A stretch of DNA of 63,386 bases, filler included, from Octopus bimaculoides (lineage: Eukaryota): NCBI RefSeq assembly GCF_001194135.2. It is 5 parts of 5 records of this genome, joined end to end, with 100 filler letters (N's around TTAATTAATTAA, not from the genome) between each part and the next. Parts side by side here need not be neighbours in the genome. Positions count along the whole stretch, not along the records: positions 44,503 to 60,064 come from NC_068987.1; positions 60,165 to 63,386 come from NC_068994.1; 3 more parts are not named here. One strand, given 5' to 3'. Shown one piece after another: positions 47,536 to 61,166 of the stretch. Each line of letters starts with the position of its first letter. Position 1 is the stretch's first letter. Under the pieces are notes generated by a model. It did not search any database. It had not been told where the DNA came from and was given only the letters and a program-made list of their open reading frames with translations. The translations under genes were made by a program, and so were the position numbers.

Positions 47536-48177
47536 TATATATGTATGTGTGTGTGTGTGTGTGTGTGTNNNNNNNNNNNNNNNNNNNNNNNNNNNNNNNN
47601 NNNNNNNNNNNNNNNNNNNNNNNNNNNNNNNNNNNNNNNNNNNNNNNNNNNNNNNNNNNNNNNNNNNNNNNNNNNNNNNNNNNNNNNNNNNNNNNNNNNN
47701 NNNNNNNNNNNNNNNNNNNNNNNNNNNNNNNNNNNNNNNNNNNNNNNNNNNNNNNNNNNNNNNNNNNNNNNNNNNNNNNNNNNNNNNNNNNNNNNNNNNN
47801 NNNNNNNNNNNNNNNNNNNNNNNNNNNNNNNNNNNNNNNNNNNNNNNNNNNNNNNNNNNNNNNNNNNNNNNNNNNNNNNNNNNNNNNNNNNNNNNNNNNN
47901 NNNNNNNNNNNNNNNNNNNNNNNNNNNNNNNNNNNNNNNNNNNNNNNNNNNNNNNNNNNNNNNNNNNNNNNNNNNNNNNNNNNNNNNNNNNNNNNNNNNN
48001 NNNNNNNNNNNNNNNNNNNNNNNNNNNNNNNNNNNNNNNNNNNNNNNNNNNNNNNNNNNNNNNNNNNNNNNNNNNNNNNNNNNNNNNNNNNNNNNNNNNN
48101 NNNNNNNNNNNNNNNNNNNNNNNNNNNNNNNNNNNNNNNNNNNNNNNNNNNNNNNNNNNNNNNNNNNNNNNNNNNNN

Positions 48178-48210
<33 letters not shown>

Positions 48211-48906
48211 CTACACAGCAAAAGATTCTGAGCTGTAAATTGTTTATGAATTTACTATAAGATCGAAAATCGGTGCCGTTATGTTATACATGAAAATCTA
48301 CGTTAGAGCGAACACACGCATCTAAAACAAGTATGATAATAACTGAAAGCTCTCATTGTAGATTCAAGCTATTGGATTCTTATAACAATGTAAGAATTGT
48401 TTTCATTTAGTCCCAAAGTTTAAAGGATTCTTGACGTAAATTTTTCATCAGAAAACGATCGTGTACGATCCAGAACTGATTCCGTCTTAGCTTAATAGAT
48501 TAAATGAAATCGATCGTCCTCACAATTTGAGTAAAACAGCATCAATGTATGTTTTTAGTTTAGCAAGGTATTGTCTCTGTTAAAAATTTGCATCTTAATA
48601 TTAGCTTCATTAACATGTATAGAATTCATGGCTAAAGTGTTGCTGCTCAAAATACAGACTGCAGCATACAATTATCCTCAATCTAGCAGTTATAGCGATA
48701 ACTACACTGGAGCTTGGAGCTGATATATCTGCTTCTAACGTTAGCAAGTGTTAGGAAACATTTACCGGCACAGTAACTAACTGTAGCTTATTCCTGTGGA
48801 AAACCGCGAATATTTCAAGTCAATGTGGGAAATGGAAGGAGCTAATCCAAGTAATACCGTTCCTTTCTTACTTTCGACAATTAAATTGCACATAGTATTA
48901 TACCAA

Positions 48907-49891
48907 AACATTTTGCCTCTAATGTTTTGAGACATTTATTTCTGGCTTATATTGTAAATACTCGTAATATCAAGTATCAAGTAGCTTTGTATGTAGCGAT
49001 GGGATGTATTTCAAAAAGCGACAGCCTTCGCAAATCCTAAAGATTATAACATTCTAACCATAAAGACACTAAACTTCATAATTTGAGATATCTGCAAAGA
49101 TTTCTTTTATTTCAGAGATATATTAATTTGAAAGAGATCCAGAGGATAATATGTTATGAACTAACAGCATTTAGCGTAAATATCCTCAGAACCCATGAAT
49201 TTTCTAGGCCTTCATAGTCTAGGGAAATTCATGCAGTCAGTATTCTGTTTAAACTGTTGCAGATGATGAAGAGATTCGCGGAGGCCGATGTTCTGGAGAG
49301 GAAGGATGGGAGCATAGTGGTTCATGCAAGAAAGCCGAGTAGACCAGGGGACGCTGAGTGATAGAAAAATGAGACTAACGAGCTCCGAAGTACAGACGCC
49401 TTTATTGTAACGATAGAAAAGATAGACGGGACATTTCACTCATGGGTTAGAGGCTTGGATTTTCCTGTTATTAATTGATTGCAAATCCATTTAGTTGATC
49501 TCATCTGGATGCGATCCAGGATGTTAGCATGCGTAGCATTTTTCCTCTAATGTTTTGAGACACTTATTTCTGGCTTATATTGTAAATACTCGTAGTATCA
49601 AGTATCAAGTAACAAGTAGCTTTGTATGTAGCGATGTGATGTACTTCAAAAGGTGACAGCCTTCGCAAATCCTAAAGATATGAACATTCTAACCATAAAG
49701 ACATCAAACTTCAGATATCTATATTCGAGATATCTATAGAACTGTGTTCTTGTAAAGATTTCTCTTATTTCAGAGATATATTCATTTGAAAGTGATCCAG
49801 AGGATAACATGTTTTGAACTAACAAAATTTAGTGTAAATATGTTCAGAACCCATGACTTTTCTAGGCTCAAAACATTAGAGGCAAAATGTT
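48907..49891. mobile_element. composite TIR element: two ~300-bp direct repeats around a LINE fragment
   Basis: Perfect 24-bp IR AACATTTTGCCTCTAATGTTTTGA (48907-48930 / 49868-49891). Direct repeats at about 48909-49209 and 49537-49867. No clear TSD. Confidence 0.7.
49211..49536 (-). pseudogene. CR1/Jockey-type LINE C-terminal fragment
   Basis: ILDRIQMRSTKWI...LFYRYNKGVCTSELVSLI...STRLS resembles the LINE C-terminus (LDRIQ.RA.R.I...LFYRYY.G.CS.EL). Confidence 0.6.
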
Positions 49892-51225
49892 AACATAAGT
49901 ATCACTGTTTAATCGATGGGAACGATATTTCAAAATGTTGATCGCACTTCAGCCTAATAAAGTGTCAGCAGCTGTTAGCGGTTCAAAAATGTTTTTACTC
50001 TAAAAGAAACACTAGTCTTTAGAATGCGGTCTTAAATATACCAAGGATGTACTTTCACCAGGGGTGACCCTTAGTGATAGCATTTGGAGCGACTGCGAAA
50101 ACTCTGAGTGCTGCACATGTGTAAGGTACGAAGTGAAGGTGCGAATAATATTTCAGCCTTGACATCTGTATCTGTTCCAAGCTTAATATCGATTATTTTA
50201 GTACCAAGTTTTAAAAATACATTACTTTTTTTTTTTCATTTTTTTTTTTCATATTTGCACATCTTGAAATGCTGGAAGTAATCTCAAATTCCATACCAAC
50301 CGCCTTCAAAACACACTAAAGTATAGCTTTGGAGACAACGTTTGGAATGGCTGAATAACTCGACCCTGAGGAAGAAGTGAGCGTAATTAGCAGTAGGTGT
50401 GCTTATCGCGCCACAAACCAGAAAAAAATACGTTGTTGCTCCTTGCAAAGGACACGATGATGGCTGCAGATGTTTGACCACGGACGCGGCTGAAAGTGGA
50501 GATAGCTGTGCAAAAGGATTGCTTTATTTGAAGACCAATAGATGCGCCTAAAATGGGACCGTGATACTTGGTAATGAGTATGACCTGCTGAACACTGCAC
50601 TCACCCACAAAGCGATCTCTAAAATCACAAGATAACAAATATTATGATCATACATATGTTTTCCTGCATTATAATATTTAGTATTCCTGTCATTATTATA
50701 TGGTCAGTTAGCACAAAAGAAAACTCAAAGAACTTGCCACAGAAATTTTGCAATAACGCTCAAAAATAAAGTCCACACACCGTTAATTCAGACAACTGTA
50801 ATCTATGATACCTATGTAGTAAGTCTGAAAAATAAGTCTTCGAAAATAAAGCATAAAACAACAGTTGATTAACATTCCACAAATTCTATTAACGGAGGGC
50901 TTAAAATATGCAAAAGATTCCAGCAGTTTGACATTTGATTCTTCGTGTTTAATTGTTCTCCAAAATATCACCAGAGGAATGTTTTCCGTTTAATTAAATT
51001 CATAAAAATGAAATAAAATAAATAAAAAGGTAACGTATACAATTAAATGTAACTATTTACGCTTATATTGATAGATGTTTCTGTTCATACATCAAAAGCA
51101 CGCATGCACACATCACTGTCTAAATCAATATGTGCATAAGTAACTACATGCACACTTCTTGCAAATGTACACATAACTTGTACCATATGTATGTGCGTGC
51201 GTAGGCGCATACACGCACACACATT

Positions 51226-51268
<43 letters not shown>

Positions 51269-51647
51269 NNNNNNNNNNNNNNNNNNNNNNNNNNNNNNNN
51301 NNNNNNNNNNNNNNNNNNNNNNNNNNNNNNNNNNNNNNNNNNNNNNNNNNNNNNNNNNNNNNNNNNNNNNNNNNNNNNNNNNNNNNNNNNNNNNNNNNNN
51401 NNNNNNNNNNNNNNNNNNNNNNNNNNNNNNNNNNNNNNNNNNNNNNNNNNNNNNNNNNNNNNNNNNNNNNNNNNNNNNNNNNNNNNNNNNNNNNNNNNNN
51501 NNNNNNNNNNNNNNNNNNNNNNNNNNNNNNNNNNNNNNNNNNNNNNNNNNNNNNNNNNNNNNNNNNNNNNNNNNNNNNNNNNNNNNNNNNNNNNNNNNNN
51601 NNNNNNNNNNNNNNNNNNNNNNNNNNNNNNNNNNNNNNNNNNNNNNN

Positions 51648-51685
<38 letters not shown>

Positions 51686-52284
51686 TACAAACATAAATAT
51701 ACGATGCATAAATGCTTAAGGAGATACATAAAAACACATCGTTCACTCTTGATAGCGTTTACACGGAAATAGTTATGCCTATTTGTGGCTGCTTCTGTCG
51801 CCTAGGAAGAGTAACAGAAATAGAAAGGTGTGAAATAGATAAACGTACAAATACAAGAGCATATGTGCGTCAGCTTCCTCTTTCTTCAGATATTGTTTTC
51901 TATATTAATCCAAAGAAACCATTGATTTATAAGGCTATAAGTAACACCATGTGAAATATATAATTTCGTAATTAGACATGACATCCTGAAATTGAGTAGG
52001 TTTTTTTTCTTATTTTTTTTCTTTTTTTATGAAGGGTATGTTTGTGATGACGATTAATGTAGCTATTGTCCGTTAGTCTCGAACCTGAGCCGTAATTTTT
52101 ATTTGGGTGAAAGATGTGTAGTTTGGTTGGATTCGGTTTGCTTTTGTAATTTAGAAAAGTTTTCAGGATACATCTCAAGGATGCTTTGCAGTGCATTGTC
52201 AGTAATTCTCCTGGGGTCATAGAGAATTTCAGATCTTTCCACATTATACAATATCGCATACCTTACCCCACCATCGTTAACAGT

Positions 52285-52622
52285 GAAAGCGCATGTCTCA
52301 GTGGTTAGAGTGTCTGGTCTGCAATTGTGAGTCTGCAATTTCAATTCCCGGACCGGAGTGTATGTTGTCTTATTGAGCAAGACACTTTATTTTATGTTGT
52401 TCTAGTTCCCTTAGTTCTAGAAATGAGCTACTACGTCACTGGAGCCGATCTGTTCCGACCTTTGCCTTTCCCTTGATTACATCGGTGGGGAAGGGGGAGG
52501 AGACTGGTATGCAACAGCGACTGCTGGTCTTCCACAAGTGGCTTTGCTGGTCTTGTGCCTCAAAGGGTAACTTGAACTTTCTAGGTGCAATCTCATGGTC
52601 ATTTATGACCGAAGGATGTCTT
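52285..52622 (+). mobile_element. SINE family C, full length, diverged
   Basis: GAAAGCGCATGTCTCAGTGGTTAGAG head, TTGAGCAAGACACTTTATTT and GCGACTGCTGGTCTTCC. Confidence 0.88.
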
Positions 52623-52639
52623 TGCCTTATCTCTGATTA

Positions 52640-55600
52640 AATTGTGGGTTGCCCTCTTTGTCCAAAATCATATTGTAAAATCCTCTGTGTTTTCAGTAAC
52701 GGAAGGTGTACCCTACTTCTTTTGATGCGCCAACTAACCCACGTCAAATCACTGTTCTATAGAGTGATGCCCATACAGCCCTCACTCGGTGGCCACCTTC
52801 GATTTGATCGTATCGCGCCTGCTATTTTCCACTTCTGCACTAAATTACCAGCTCCTGGATTCTAGCAAGCTTTCGTTCTTGAACTTCCTTCATCCGTACT
52901 TCCTAGGATAGAACCTTCACTTTTAAATACTGACAAAATTTGTTTCAATGATAGAGTATATATTAAATCTTTATATACAAACTGTACACTGAACCATTTC
53001 TGTTGGTTCTGTCATGGAACTATTAAGAATATAAGTTATTTGACGAGGTAATTCAGTATAAAATACGGCTCTTAATTCCTTATTTACTCATAAGTTTATT
53101 GCCGTTGGAAAGAGATGGATATCGCCACATGTTTGTGACTTGGATGTTCTGAGAAAGGTTCGATTTAAAGCAACCACTTACAGATCTACTCATATATCTG
53201 GTGTTTGTGTCCTGATTTACCCCTTTGCCTCTTTGTGACACGCAGGATGCATTTCTCTCCCATCCGTACATCGTATCGGATACACTTTACCAATTTTCTT
53301 GAACTACCATAGTAACTTTTGATTTGCGAAAAAAAAAATCTTTATATTATTCACAAAGTATGAAACAAGGTGTTGAAACAAGCTAGGACATAATGAAAAA
53401 ACTATGAAAATGATTTGGACAAGCAAAGGGTAAAAAAATATAAGAATTATTTTTCTAATAAAACTCATAGCGATAATTTCGGTAAAACGGATTCATCAAG
53501 AAGCAAAAAAAAAGAACGAAATGAAAATTCGAAAGTTATTTTTTTTTCTTTTTTCTTTCTTCAATCGGAAAAATAATGAATTATTAAATTGAATCTAAAG
53601 ACTTTGAACTTTATAATATGGAAAGAGAATAATCTTTAGAACAAGTGGAATATACTAATATTTCATATAAAAAATGAGTCAACTTGGCAAAAATAAGCAT
53701 GTAAGACATATTTCTGTGCATTAAAGAAGTTTAATATATTGTATAAAGCATCATGCATCCAACAATTTGTTTTATTTTACAAAACGAATATAAATAAGTA
53801 AATAAAATAAGTCAGAACCGAATAAATTTTTGAGACATAAGAACTGTAAAAGTATTGTGTTATATTAGTATGTGAATGATGGGAGAAAAAATTCCGAATC
53901 TGATCAATATCTATGTTTTTCAAGACAAACACCAAAATGACTGACTGCTCAAAATTTTTGTGGTCAGAAATATCAACAGATTATATCTAGCAAGTGATAT
54001 ATCAGCATCCATTATTATGCATATATGCAAAATATTAAATATTCTCACGGATAAAAAATAGGAAAGTAAGAGTACAGAAATATTTCGATAATTGTTACAA
54101 TACAAAAAATGCAGCAAACAAAACCCAACTTATTGCGAAACAAGGTCAATTCAATCATCAGAGAGATGAACGACAATATATCAGATATTGTCATGAAAGG
54201 AAAGAAGAGTAAATGAAAAAAATGCCAGTTGGAATTTGATATATGTAAATGTAGATACTTTTCACATTCGGGAGGACATCGATCAAAATTGTGAGAAATT
54301 ATCCAAATTTTCAGAACTAGAAATTGAGGTTAACAGATATAATATAATACAATATATAATATAATATAATATAATATAATATAATATAATATGATAAAAT
54401 ATAATGCAATGTAATGTAATATAATGGTATATATACACTACAGACACTCACACGCATCACACACATAAACACACACACGCGTTTATATATGTGTCCATAT
54501 ATGTATATGTGCCTGTTTATATATGTATATGTGTATGCGTGTATGTATGTATATAGATAGATTTGAACATAGTTATACATATCTTACGCAAATAACGCTT
54601 GACCGAGGAGTGTTCTCTCGTCTTTGTATTTCAAAACCTCCACAAGTTACTAAAGCCGGACCCTGCACAATTGTGAGTAGAACGATCTCGCTGATTGGGA
54701 TCATTTTGGACTTGGATAACAATACTTCTGGTCTGAAGAGTTTGCTCTAAACCGAAAAGTTAGTACTCTTTAGTAATACTAAAGGGCCAGGAACATCTGG
54801 AACCTTTTCATAAATCCATCGGAAAAGTCTTCTCAATCTGATCAGTCTATTCATTCTTGTTGACGTCACAAGCAATTCATGGTTGCTGATATAAAACGTC
54901 CACGAACTCTGTTGCATGACTGGTAGAAGATGGGGTAGTCAGACAACATNNNNNNNNNNATTAGATTTAATACAAAATAGGATTCAATACATACGCGAGC
55001 TTCAAAGGACAATACAAATATGTAAGAAAAACTTATAACCATAGTAATTATAATTAAATTTATGCATTGTCATTTTCATAAGTGTGATGAATCTTTGTAA
55101 GGACATCAAAAAAGGTTTAATAAAATAAAGGAAAGTAAAATAAGATACAATAAGGGAGGATATGTCTGTCTTTTTTCTCTTTCGTCCCTCTTACTATTAT
55201 TATTATTATTATTTTTTCCCCTTTTAGAACTTTGCTGTAAATAGCCGATTTTTTTCTCTATTTCGCCATTTGTATTCTCTCTTATTGTATCTTATTTTAA
55301 TTTACTTTATTTTATTAAACCTTTTTTGGTGTCCTTACAAAAGTTCCTCACTCTGATAAAAATGGCAATGCATAAATTTAATTATAANNNNNNNNNNNNN
55401 NNNNNNNNNNNNNNNNNNNNNNNNNNNNNNNNNNNNNNNNNNNNNNNNNNNNNNNNNNNNNNNNNNNNNNNNNNNNNNNNNNNNNNNNNNNNNNNNNNNN
55501 NNNNNNNNNNNNNNNNNNNNNNNNNNNNNNNNNNNNNNNNNNNNNNNNNNNNNNNNNNNNNNNNNNNNNNNNNNNNNNNNNNNNNNNNNNNNNNNNNNNN

Positions 55601-57000
55601 NNNNNNNNNNNNNNNNNNNNNNNNNNNNNNNNNNNNNNNNNNNNNNNNNNNNNNNNNNNNNNNNNNNNNNNNNNNNNNNNNNNNNNNNNNNNNNNNNNNN
55701 NNNNNNNNNNNNNNNNNNNNNNNNNNNNNNNNNNNNNNNNNNNNNNNNNNNNNNNNNNNNNNNNNNNNNNNNNNNNNNNNNNNNNNNNNNNNNNNNNNNN
55801 NNNNNNNNNNNNNNNNNNNNNNNNNNNNNNNNNNNNNNNNNNNNNNNNNNNNNNNNNNNNNNNNNNNNNNNNNNNNNNNNNNNNNNNNNNNNNNNNNNNN
55901 NNNNNNNNNNNNNNNNNNNNNNNNNNNNNNNNNNNNNNNNNNNNNNNNNNNNNNNNNNNNNNNNNNNNNNNNNNNNNNNNNNNNNNNNNNNNNNNNNNNN
56001 NNNNNNNNNNNNNNNNNNNNNNNNNNNNNNNNNNNNNNNNNNNNNNNNNNNNNNNNNNNNNNNNNCACGTAAACTTATCTTCCTGCAGCTAATACCTATT
56101 TCTTTAGAATCTGGTCGAGAATGTTCTATTCCATGGTGTCTAACTTTATTTGTTTGACGCGGTCCTTAACGTCGATATGGTTACCTGGAATCTGAGTTCG
56201 AACGCCATGTTCTTAAGAGGCAATACATGCTGAAGTGGAGTAGAAACATCCGAGATAGTGCGTGGTGCAGAAAGATTACTTGAGATAATCTTTCTAGCTG
56301 AGAAACAATCAGTTGCCGATACTCAAAGTTAAGATTGTACATAAGAAATTGTACAGAAACCGGCTACCTTAAGGGCAGAGGCCAAATGCTGTTTGTAGAC
56401 ACTACTATCAACTTCAACTATTCTAAATTGTTGAAAATTGCATTATGTATCGTCATGAGAGGTAAGTTGCAGATAACATATTCAGGAACTCGGAAATTTT
56501 CGCATCTTCTGCTTCATTACGACGACAAGTCCCAGATTTTCTACTAAACATTGACTAGAATTTTAAATTCTGTATTCAGACGAGTAATAATAAAAAAAGC
56601 CACTCAGACATCTGCTTGAAAAAGAGTAGAGAACGCACATCCTGTTCCATGTAACACTGAGCTATGGATTTGTCGAAACATCGCGCCTCTGTTACCTAAG
56701 GCCAGCGGAGAAGTTTCATTCCCTCGTATTTTAGCACAAGCGTTTTAATCCTAGTGAGGCAGCCTCTATGTTTGAAGAATCGAGTCATGTTTCCGTCTGC
56801 ACGTCAAATTCGATGTGATTACTAACCGCCGCAAACAGCCAAAATTTGCTCACCATCTCCATCTCTTATGGCGATTTGATTACTATAAAATTGAATGTGG
56901 ATTCCAGCTTGAAATTCCTGTAATTATATTTAATCTAAAGTTTGCCATGGTGCTTCTCTCTATTTGAGTACCGCATTGCAGTGTCTATGGTAGCCATTGC
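52640..57000 (-). pseudogene. ancient fragmented L1/Tx1-like ORF2, related to the 41.3-44.4 kb element
   Basis: 56.6-56.8 kb RFFKHRGCLTRIK...RWP*VTEAR matches QFFNSKREGCMVRAK...QWARITEAR. 56.3-56.4 kb QHLASALKVAGF matches LYLVAVLKAAG. 54.8 kb RLIRLRRLF...KVP matches RLITLEHIF...RVP. 52.9 kb QYLKVKV is weak. Interrupted by AT-rich DNA and gaps. Confidence 0.5.
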
Positions 57001-57525
57001 TTCTGAAGGCCTGCGTAATGTCAACAAAAAGGTTTATAAAAACATGAGAAATAAATAAACAGTTGCCAAAATATTCTGGCTGTTCCAACTTCTTCATACA
57101 TTTCCAATTTAGTCTTGTTCTTTAATGCAACGTTTGTTTCGAGTGTCAAATGCTCTTCCATCCAACTTTCTCTACTCCCTCGTTTCATAGAAAGCTCCTT
57201 TCATTCTCTAAATACATTATTTATTATTGTTTTAACTTTTCTATCTTATATAAAAAATTTAATATAATTTTAGTCACATTTATGTATTATTTGTTGTCAT
57301 TGTTATTTCTATAGTTATTTTGTATATTTGTGCGTAAGCATATTTGCATGTGTGAATGTGTGCGAATGTGAATGTATGCGTATCATGTGTGCCTTTATAA
57401 ACGCAGATACATGAATGAATATACATATACATGTATGTAAGCATGCAAGAATGTATGTATGTACATATGTGTATATATTTATGTATATATGCATGCATAT
57501 ATAAATGTATGCATATATTTTATTT

Positions 57526-57602
<77 letters not shown>

Positions 57603-58772
57603 NNNNNNNNNNNNNNNNNNNNNNNNNNNNNNNNNNNNNNNNNNNNNNNNNNNNNNNNNNNNNNNNNNNNNNNNNNNNNNNNNNNNNNNNNNNNNNNNNN
57701 NNNNNNNNNNNNNNNNNNNNNNNNNNNNNNNNNNNNNNNNNNNNNNNNNNNNNNNNNNNNNNNNNNNNNNNNNNNNNNNNNNNNNNNNNNNNNNNNNNNN
57801 NNNNNNNNNNNNNNNNNNNNNNNNNNNNNNNNNNNNNNNNNNNNNNNNNNNNNNNNNNNNNNNNNNNNNNNNNNNNNNNNNNNNNNNNNNNNNNNNNNNN
57901 NNNNNNNNNNNNNNNNNNNNNNNNNNNNNNNNNNNNNNNNNNNNNNNNNNNNNNNNNNNNNNNNNNNNNNNNNNNNNNNNNNNNNNNNNNNNNNNNNNNN
58001 NNNNNNNNNNNNNNNNNNNNNNNNNNNNNNNNNNNNNNNNNNNNNNNNNNNNNNNNNNNNNNNNNNNNNNNNNNNNNNNNNNNNNNNNNNNNNNNNNNNN
58101 NNNNNNNNNNNNNNNNNNNNNNNNNNNNNNNNNNNNNNNNNNNNNNNNNNNNNNNNNNNNNNNNNNNNNNNNNNNNNNNNNNNNNNNNNNNNNNNNNNNN
58201 NNNNNNNNNNNNNGTATATATATATATATATATATTTGTGTGTGTGTGTGTGTGTGTGTGTATGCCATATAAACAGGCACGCATAAATTTTTATTTATTT
58301 TTTACGAAGCCAAACTCACTCATGACTTTTAATTTTCTTTGCATGTCATTCTGTCAGTTCCAAATCCTTGACTACCATTCCTATTTTCTCTTCATTATCT
58401 TTTATTTATGATATTTATTTAGTTTATTTGATTTATATGAGTGTATGTGTATGTATGTGCAAATGTGGCGTTGCGACACAGATATTAGTATGCAATTAAA
58501 TCTTCGCCTATGCATACATTCATGTGTATGTGTGTCTATACGATGTTCTCTGTATGTGGGCTGAATGCGTATCAACTTCTGTAATGTATTTGTTTCTTGA
58601 AGTGTTTGCTCTTAGCCGCTTCTTTTCTCACCTCTCCACCTTCTCTTACAGCAATTCACTGTCGCTCTCTTGATTAGTAAGCTTAACCAAATAACGTGCT
58701 CATAAGTTATTTCCCTTGTCTTTGAATCGATGAAGAACGCTCTCTTTCATTCCCACTTCTCTCTCTCTCTCT

Positions 58773-58812
<40 letters not shown>

Positions 58813-59146
58813 GTCTCTGTCTGTCTCTGTCTCTGTCTCTGTCTCTNNNNNNNNNNNNNNNNNNNNNNNNNNNNNNNNNNNNNNNNNNNNNNNNNNNNNN
58901 NNNNNNNNNNNNNNNNNNNNNNNNNNNNNNNNNNNNNNNNNNNNNNNNNNNNNNNNNNNNNNNNNNNNNNNNNNNNNNNNNNNNNNNNNNNNNNNNNNNN
59001 NNNNNNNNNNNNNNNNNNNNNNNNNNNNNNNNNNNNNNNNNNNNNNNNNNNNNNNNNNNNNNNNNNNNNNNNNNNNNNNNNNNNNNNNNNNNNNNNNNNN
59101 NNNNNNNNNNNNNNNNNNNNNNNNNNNNNNNNNNNNNNNNNNNNNN

Positions 59147-59191
<45 letters not shown>

Positions 59192-59194
59192 TTC

Positions 59195-59231
<37 letters not shown>

Positions 59232-59261
59232 GATTTATAAAGAAATTTTCTTCTGTCTCTA

Positions 59262-59495
59262 TTGTTCTCCGTCTACATGATCACCTCCATCATCATCATC
59301 ATCTTCATAATCCCCACTATTATCAGCAAAACCACCACTATCCACTTCCTCCTCCTCCTCCTCCTCCTCCTCCTCCTCCTCATCATCATCATCTTCATCA
59401 TCATCATCATCAACAACACCAACGACATCATTATCCCCATTATGAACTTCTCCTGTCACTAGTACTATTATTCCATCTTCTACTCCTCCTTGAAT

Positions 59496-59592
<97 letters not shown>

Positions 59593-59640
59593 TAATAATA
59601 ATAGTACTACTACTATAACTACTACTACTTCATCTACTTC
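59262..59640. repeat. (CAT)n/(CCT)n/(ACT)n/(AAT)n microsatellite field
   Basis: Directly visible. Confidence 0.95.
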
Positions 59641-59887
59641 AGGTTCTCGGCAACTTTTCCTCTGCATATTTACGAAATTGTATTTTCGATTTTTGTCTTA
59701 TTCCCATATTCTTCCCTTCGTTATCAGGAACAACGACAATCATATCCACGTCCTCCTTCCTCTCCACCTCCGCCTCCTCCTCCCCATCATCATCATCATC
59801 ATCATCCATATCGGGATTTTTTCTCGTTTAGCACCATAACAATCATAATAATTATAATCATTATTGCCAATCACATCATATGTATGC

Positions 59888-60055
59888 ATGGGTGTGAGCT
59901 TAAGACGCTCGTTTTGTGTCCATGTGGCTTGAGGTTCTGTTCCACTGCACGACAACTTCAACAAGAGACGTCTGCTATAACCTCGGACCCATAAATGCGT
60001 TGTGAATTATTGTCGTGTACAGAGACTCTGTGCAAGTCAGTTGTGTAGATGTGTG
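59888..60055 (+). mobile_element. degenerate SINE family B 5' half
   Basis: GAGGTTCTGTTCCACTGCAC...CTGCTATAACCTCGGACC similar to family B. Confidence 0.5.
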
Positions 60056-60108
60056 TGTGTGTGTNNNNNNNNNNNNNNNNNNNNNNNNNNNNNNNNNNNN
60101 NNNNNNNN

Positions 60109-60120
60109 TTAATTAATTAA
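60109..60120. other. assembly spacer TTAATTAATTAA
   Basis: 44 N on each side. Confidence 0.95.
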
Positions 60121-60227
60121 NNNNNNNNNNNNNNNNNNNNNNNNNNNNNNNNNNNNNNNNNNNNCACTCATATACACATTCCACAATAAACTCTGGGACC
60201 AATAAAAACGGCACACACACACACACA

Positions 60228-60392
60228 CAATAGGCTTCTTTCAGTTTCCGTCTACCAAATCCACTCACAAGGTTTTGGTTGGCCTGAGGCTATAGAAGAA
60301 GACACTTGCCCAAAGTGCCACGCAGTGGGACTGAACCGAAACCATGTGGTTGGTTAGTAAGCTGTTTACCACACAGCCACTCCTGCGCCTAT
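60228..60392 (-). mobile_element. SINE family B 5' half
   Basis: Minus strand: AGGCGCAGGAGTGGCTGTGTGGTAAACAGC...GGCACTTTGGGCAAGTGTCTTCT. Confidence 0.9.
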
Positions 60393-61000
60393 AAGCCACT
60401 GACACAAGGCCTGCAATTTTAGTCTGTGGGGTTAATCGGTTTGATTGACTCCTAATACTAGGCTCATACTCTGAAAGGGTGAAAAGCAATGCTGACATTG
60501 CCGTAAACTCGGAAAAATTGCTGCTAAGCAATTTGTCTGACACAGTCTCTGGTGTGATAAAAGGCAAGGATTACAACAATGACGTAACTTCAGTCTGTGG
60601 CAATACATTAGATGAGTGTGAATTAAGGCCATCCACCATTTTGATTTTCATAAAATGACCGACAACTAACACGCAACAGCTTGGAAGCCGCCATAGCAGT
60701 TTGAAATTGTTTAACGAAAAGGAAAAAAAAGAACATTAACGTGTTTACTGAGTTAAACCGTTTGCAAATACTTAACAATACTACGTGGCAGACAAGGCGT
60801 GGTAAAGAGACGATCTTTAACTTCACGGTAGATAAACATTACAGGAGAAATTTTCAGATCAATAGGTATTTGAGTTGAGATGAAAGCGAATCACCTTGTT
60901 GTGAATATGAGTTTAAAATTAGTGCTCCGACAAGAAGAGTCAAAGAAATTCTCAAATTTCGCCCGGAAAGTAAGAGCAGCTTTATATCATAATTACAGTG

Positions 61001-61166
61001 GTCGATGAGATGGCAGAATCGTTAGCACGCCGGACAAAATGCTTAGCAACATTTGGTCCGTCTTTACGTACTAAGTTCAAATTCCTCAAAGGTCTACTTT
61101 GTCTTCCATCCTTTTGGAGTCGATAAAATAAGTACCAGTTGGAAATGGGATCATCGTAACCGACTT
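61001..61166 (+). mobile_element. SINE family A (3' end in gap)
   Basis: TGGCAGAATCGTTAGCACGCCGG head and GTCGATAAAATAAGTACCAGTT. Confidence 0.85.

Noticed and set aside
50284-50638. GC-rich island with overlapping short ORFs
   Set aside because: No recognisable domain, splice sites or termini.
56269-56296. 10-bp hairpin AGAAAGATTA/TAATCTTTCT
   Set aside because: Short AT-rich IR inside a decayed LINE. Expected by chance.
58726-58740. ATCGATGAAGAACGC, identical to a 5.8S rRNA core 15-mer
   Set aside because: The flanks show no rRNA similarity. Too short to be meaningful.
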